Source of the DNA: Dipteris shenzhenensis
Lineage: Eukaryota
Length of the DNA stretch: 64,000 bases
Assembly (NCBI GenBank): GCA_047967505.1
Contig: CM106538.1
Direction: 5' to 3' (one strand)
The notes beneath the pieces are model-generated. The model was not told where the DNA came from and did no database searches. It was given only the letters and a program-made list of their open reading frames with translations. Each line of letters starts with the position of its first letter. Position 1 is the stretch's first letter. The translations under genes and the position numbers were made by a program. This document shows, piece after piece, positions 59,960 to 64,000 of the stretch.

Positions 59960-61650
59960 TGTTATGTGGGTTTTTACCCTAGCCAAGGGTGACACTCTGG
60001 GGTTTCGTCATTTGGATAGCCCTTATACTCTCAGTCTCCATCTTGCTCAAAACTGAGTTTAGCTTGCTTCCTCCTCCTCCCGCTTCCTTGTGCTTCCATT
60101 TTGTTACATTTGGTATCAAAGTAGGTTGCACTTGCTTTGCACTACATCCCGCACCTCCCACACACCCATGGACTACTTCTGTTGTACAGACATCACATTT
60201 CCTTGCAAGAAATCTCTCCAAATTGATGTCTTAGGCTGGGCAACCACTTTCTCAAGCTGATTTGAGCCTACTATAGCAGGCCACCTAGCAAAACCGGCTT
60301 CGTTGAAGTAGTTTTTGAGGTGTCTTTAAGCATCTCGACTTGTTTTTGGAGTGGTTTCTACCTTACATCTCTATTTCACATCTGGGCGACTTGTTTTGAG
60401 GTTGTTTCAAGTTCACATCTAGTGTTAAATAAAATTTTCAAGTCGTTTTTCAAAAATCCACCTCGGTTTTGTCGAAAACCACCTATTTTTGGTGATTTTG
60501 AGCTGATCTGGACTTGGTTTTATTTGCTGTAGCTGTATTATTGAAGGATGACATGTTTTCTTTTGATTTTGAGCTCACCCTTACTGTTTTCAGAAATACC
60601 ACCAGAGGTTTTGATGAAAACCACATGTTTTTTTAATGTCCTGAGCAGTTTTAATTTTGACCCTAAATCAAAATTTTTACTCCATCTTTGGACTGTTTTA
60701 AAGGTGTATTTGCAGCCCTACATCAGAGATCTATTCCTCATAAGCACTCAGTATATTTTTGCTTGCATTAGGAGCTTTGTTTCCTTCTCCTTTGTTCACA
60801 TGTGGTGGCACTCGAACAACTTGCTTTTGTCTTTTCAGGTACATTCAAAATCAGTTGGGTCAAATGCATTTGTGAGCCAAGCAAGCATTGGCTAGTCTGG
60901 GCAGAGATCTATCAGTGTGCAATAGAATTCTTAGTAGCAAGGGATTTAGTGCATTTGTAACTCATGGCTTAGAATGCAAATTATGTATTTGGCATCCTCG
61001 CACACGAGGACAAGTTGGATGGTACCAACAACTCCTTGTGGAGCATTATGATGGGAAATTTGCTTGTGGAAAAGAATCTTTGGATTATGTTTTTTGGGGA
61101 TTAAGAAAGACCTATGGATGTAGCTCTAGGCACTCCCCAGCAACATGCTAGCCGTGTAACACCTCAACCCCCAAGTTAGGATAAGAGAAGATGGGATGCC
61201 AGAGATGCACAAGTATTGTCATTGATTGCATTGTCTATTAAGAGGTCGATTATACTCATACATGGTCATGCAAGACCTCAAAGGCATCATGGAACATTTT
61301 GGAAGCAATGTATCAAGCATGCAATGAGGCTAGAGTCTCATGCTGGAAGGTGACTCTAGTCAAAGCATGTCACCAAGCTTCCAGATTTCAGGGAGCAACT
61401 TCTAAACATTGATGAGGTCATTTCAGATGCAAAGATGGTTACCACTACGTTAAACTCTTTTCTAGAGTCATATTTGGGTTTTCATATGTCTCTTAACTTG
61501 TCCTTGAGTGGGAATCCAATTCCCCTCACCTTTTAGGAATTGGTGGGACTTTTGTTGTAGGAGGAGCAGACAAGGAAGAACCTTTCTCTTCTTTGGAAAA
61601 AAAGGAAGAACCTTTCTCAAGGTAATGGTGGGCATGCCTATTAAGCATGG
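59960..61650 (+). mobile_element. Decayed LTR element (Copia-like): short LTR, PBS, leader and gag remnant
   Basis: TGTTA..TTACA at 59960-60108, tggtatcaaag at 60111, and weak gag traces at about 61030-61570 (MVTTTLNSFLESY). Confidence 0.6.
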
Positions 61651-62760
61651 TGTAAATTTTACCATCTTCATAAGGCATTAGGGGCAATCCCTAACCCTAA
61701 CCGTAAGGTGTTTCTCATTTATGGAAAACAACATAGTGTACAATTAGTTACTCTCTTGTGCACTCCTCTCTCTCACTCTCTCCTACTTGCGCTATCATGG
61801 TATCAGAGGATCAGGTGCTCCCAAGCCCTTGCTTCTTGTCAAGGCACTAAGCCATCCTTATGCAAGGCCTCCTCCCTCTCCGAGAGCAAGAGATTTGTGA
61901 GATTTTCATGAGAGAGTTTTTCTTTTATGAGAGAGTGAAAGCCCAAGCTATCCTTGTAGATCTCCATTCACTCTCCGTTGTATAGCCTAGAGAGAGAGGG
62001 GTTTGAGTGATCAGTAGTTTTCCATGTCTTGAGGGGTTTTCTGGTAAGGTTCGCAAGAGAGAGAGTTTATTCATCTTTTAGGATCTTTCCTCGTTGAGAG
62101 AGAAAGAGAGATCTTTGAGAAACCTTTTACCGACCTTCAACAGCAACTTCGACTCAAAGACAACCACAGCCGGCCAAAGACACAGAAGACCTGGGCCATT
62201 TGACGCTTCAACACAGGTGACTCAACAAGCTACCTGCAGAAGAGAGATCCATGCTGGTGAGAAGTTTTGAAGCTTTGAAGAATCTACTTGGATTTAGTGA
62301 TCACCACCTTCTTTGATCAGCAGATCATTCCTCAGAATGAGACATTTATGCATTAGTGTGATCCCGCCCTAGTGCACTGGACATTATTAGGTTCAACATA
62401 ACGCAACCTAGGGAGACTCAGTATTACAGCATGCACTTATGGCTATAGTATACAGTCCTTACTTGATGCAGATTAGTGGTTGGATCGAGGACTTCAGATC
62501 AGTCCTTGCATCATCATTTGGCACCGCATATGCCTCAAGGATATCTTATGGCTTTTCAATTATGTTTCAGGCTTCTAGGCCTTTATACTATCAGCTCCAC
62601 CTTGAGCCTATGACAGATGCTACATCCCATGTCGATGGATGTTTAGCCATGCACATATCAGATCACCTTCAGCTCATGATAGTTGAGTATACAGGTTTGA
62701 CAAGTAGCTACACCTTGTCAGTTTTATGGGCCTCTTCTATAGTAGAGCAGACTTGCAGAT
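61651..62760 (+). mobile_element. LTR-element 5' remnant (LTR candidate 61651-61797, PBS 61798-61808, non-coding leader)
   Basis: ..ctatca followed by TGGTATCAGAG. The right boundary is uncertain. Confidence 0.5.
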
Positions 62761-62799
62761 TTTCAGCTCCTAAATCACTCTGTCCACACTGACCATTTG

Positions 62800-64000
62800 G
62801 CGTTGGCTCGAATGCATAAAAATTAGTGATGTGTGTCTGTGCTTGGTCTAGCTCGATGTCCTAAGGCATCAATTATAACTGAATCTCTGGCTTGCAGCAT
62901 AAGGGAATCTATGTGTCTTCACACCTCGATCAAGTAGAGCCCAACGCAAATCTGTTCGGGGAAATGTATCAGCCGTATGAGTGGTCCGAAGCTGAGCCCC
63001 TCCTAAAAGAGAATTTGGTATCGTCCTCAAATCTCATAGTAGGCCGAACAAACACATAGAAAATGCTCCTCTGTCTTGACCTCCCCCATCATGCATAGTC
63101 TACGGACCTGCTACTTTCTAGGTATGCCGACTACTCTCCCAATCTCAATCCGTAGCTAATAGGACAAGACTTGTATCTGTCTGCCACCGATAGCAATCTA
63201 CAAGGCATGTGAGACTCTCCTATCCTCGAGGTACTGGGGCCTAATGATGAGACCATGCTCCAATATCCTCAGGAAATGGTCATGATAGAGCTGGGTCTTG
63301 GTGGGGAACTCCTGATCCCCCCCCCCACGCTTGAGATGTTGAAGCTAGAGAAGGTCTAACCATATGATACGATTAATCTCATCATGTGGAAGGAGCTTTG
63401 GTGGTGCATCCATGCTATACTGAAAGGGGGAGAGCCTATCCACCTAGATACCATGGCTATCAAACTATGTGGACACTCACGCATACCATGGTGTATCAAA
63501 GCCTCTCTCTACTAGGCATTGGGATGACTCCAATGCCAGGTAATCTCCACTGAGGTAGGGCCCAAAACTCTAGAAGAGGGCATCCACTTAGAGTGGTGTC
63601 ATGGTGAACTCTGCCTGTATGATCTGATGGGGAATCGAAGGCTTATTCCAAACCATCCTGGATCCCATGATCACCTGTAGCCTCTCAAATCCCTTCCAGT
63701 TCATTAGAGCTGAAAGGTCACTCCCCTAAAAGGTGCTACATACATGGCAATCAGTCTCACGAGAGTGTCAAAAAGCCATCCCTTCGTGTGTGGATCTTGG
63801 AAATGCACCTGGAAGCGCTATCTCTCTAATTGGGTGAGGGCACCCTTCCCTCGTATGAGTCGCGCTCTAGAGGCATGGGTCATCGTGAAGCTTGGTCTCA
63901 TGAATACGGCCCCTTGGTATGTGTAGGACTGCACTCCAGTGGTTCCCCACAATAAGTGAAACCATGTTTATGTCGATGTTGATGAAGCACTGCTTGGGAT
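62800..64000 (-). mobile_element. RTE-X-like LINE subfamily B, degenerate, running off the window end
   Basis: Reverse-complement similarity to 34053-35000 (HFQDPHTK, GVSHAL, zinc finger near 63030-63100). Confidence 0.8.

Noticed and set aside
61689-61702. Telomere-like ccctaaccctaacc
   Set aside because: Only two units, inside an LTR candidate; no evidence that the LINE stacks are telomeric.

Overview
Eukaryotic, land-plant genomic DNA: a host gene with GT-AG introns, plant-type LTR elements with tRNA-iMet primer sites, and abundant LINEs. A large-genome non-seed plant such as a fern or lycophyte is plausible but is only inference. The one host gene visible is the 3' half of an ABCA-subfamily half-size ABC transporter, seen as 10 phase-consistent exons on + (19351-46045). 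Its introns include one of 7.0 kb, one of 16.9 kb and probably one >19 kb upstream, all packed with transposons. The rest is nested, mostly decayed TEs: a chromoviral Ty3/Gypsy, four L1-clade LINE copies, about ten copies or fragments of an RTE-X-like LINE with (TTTC)n tails, several Ty1/Copia remnants, a TRIM/LARD-like non-coding LTR element and foldback repeats. The best candidate for an undescribed system is a family of ORF1-only retroelements with no EN/RT (best copy 43288-44410, minus strand). They carry the same 3' stem-loop and (TTTC)n tail as the RTE-X-like LINE, and the LINE repeatedly inserts at these pyrimidine tails to build head-to-tail stacks. All calls are by eye; no database search or alignment software was run, and TE boundaries are approximate unless a terminal motif is quoted.
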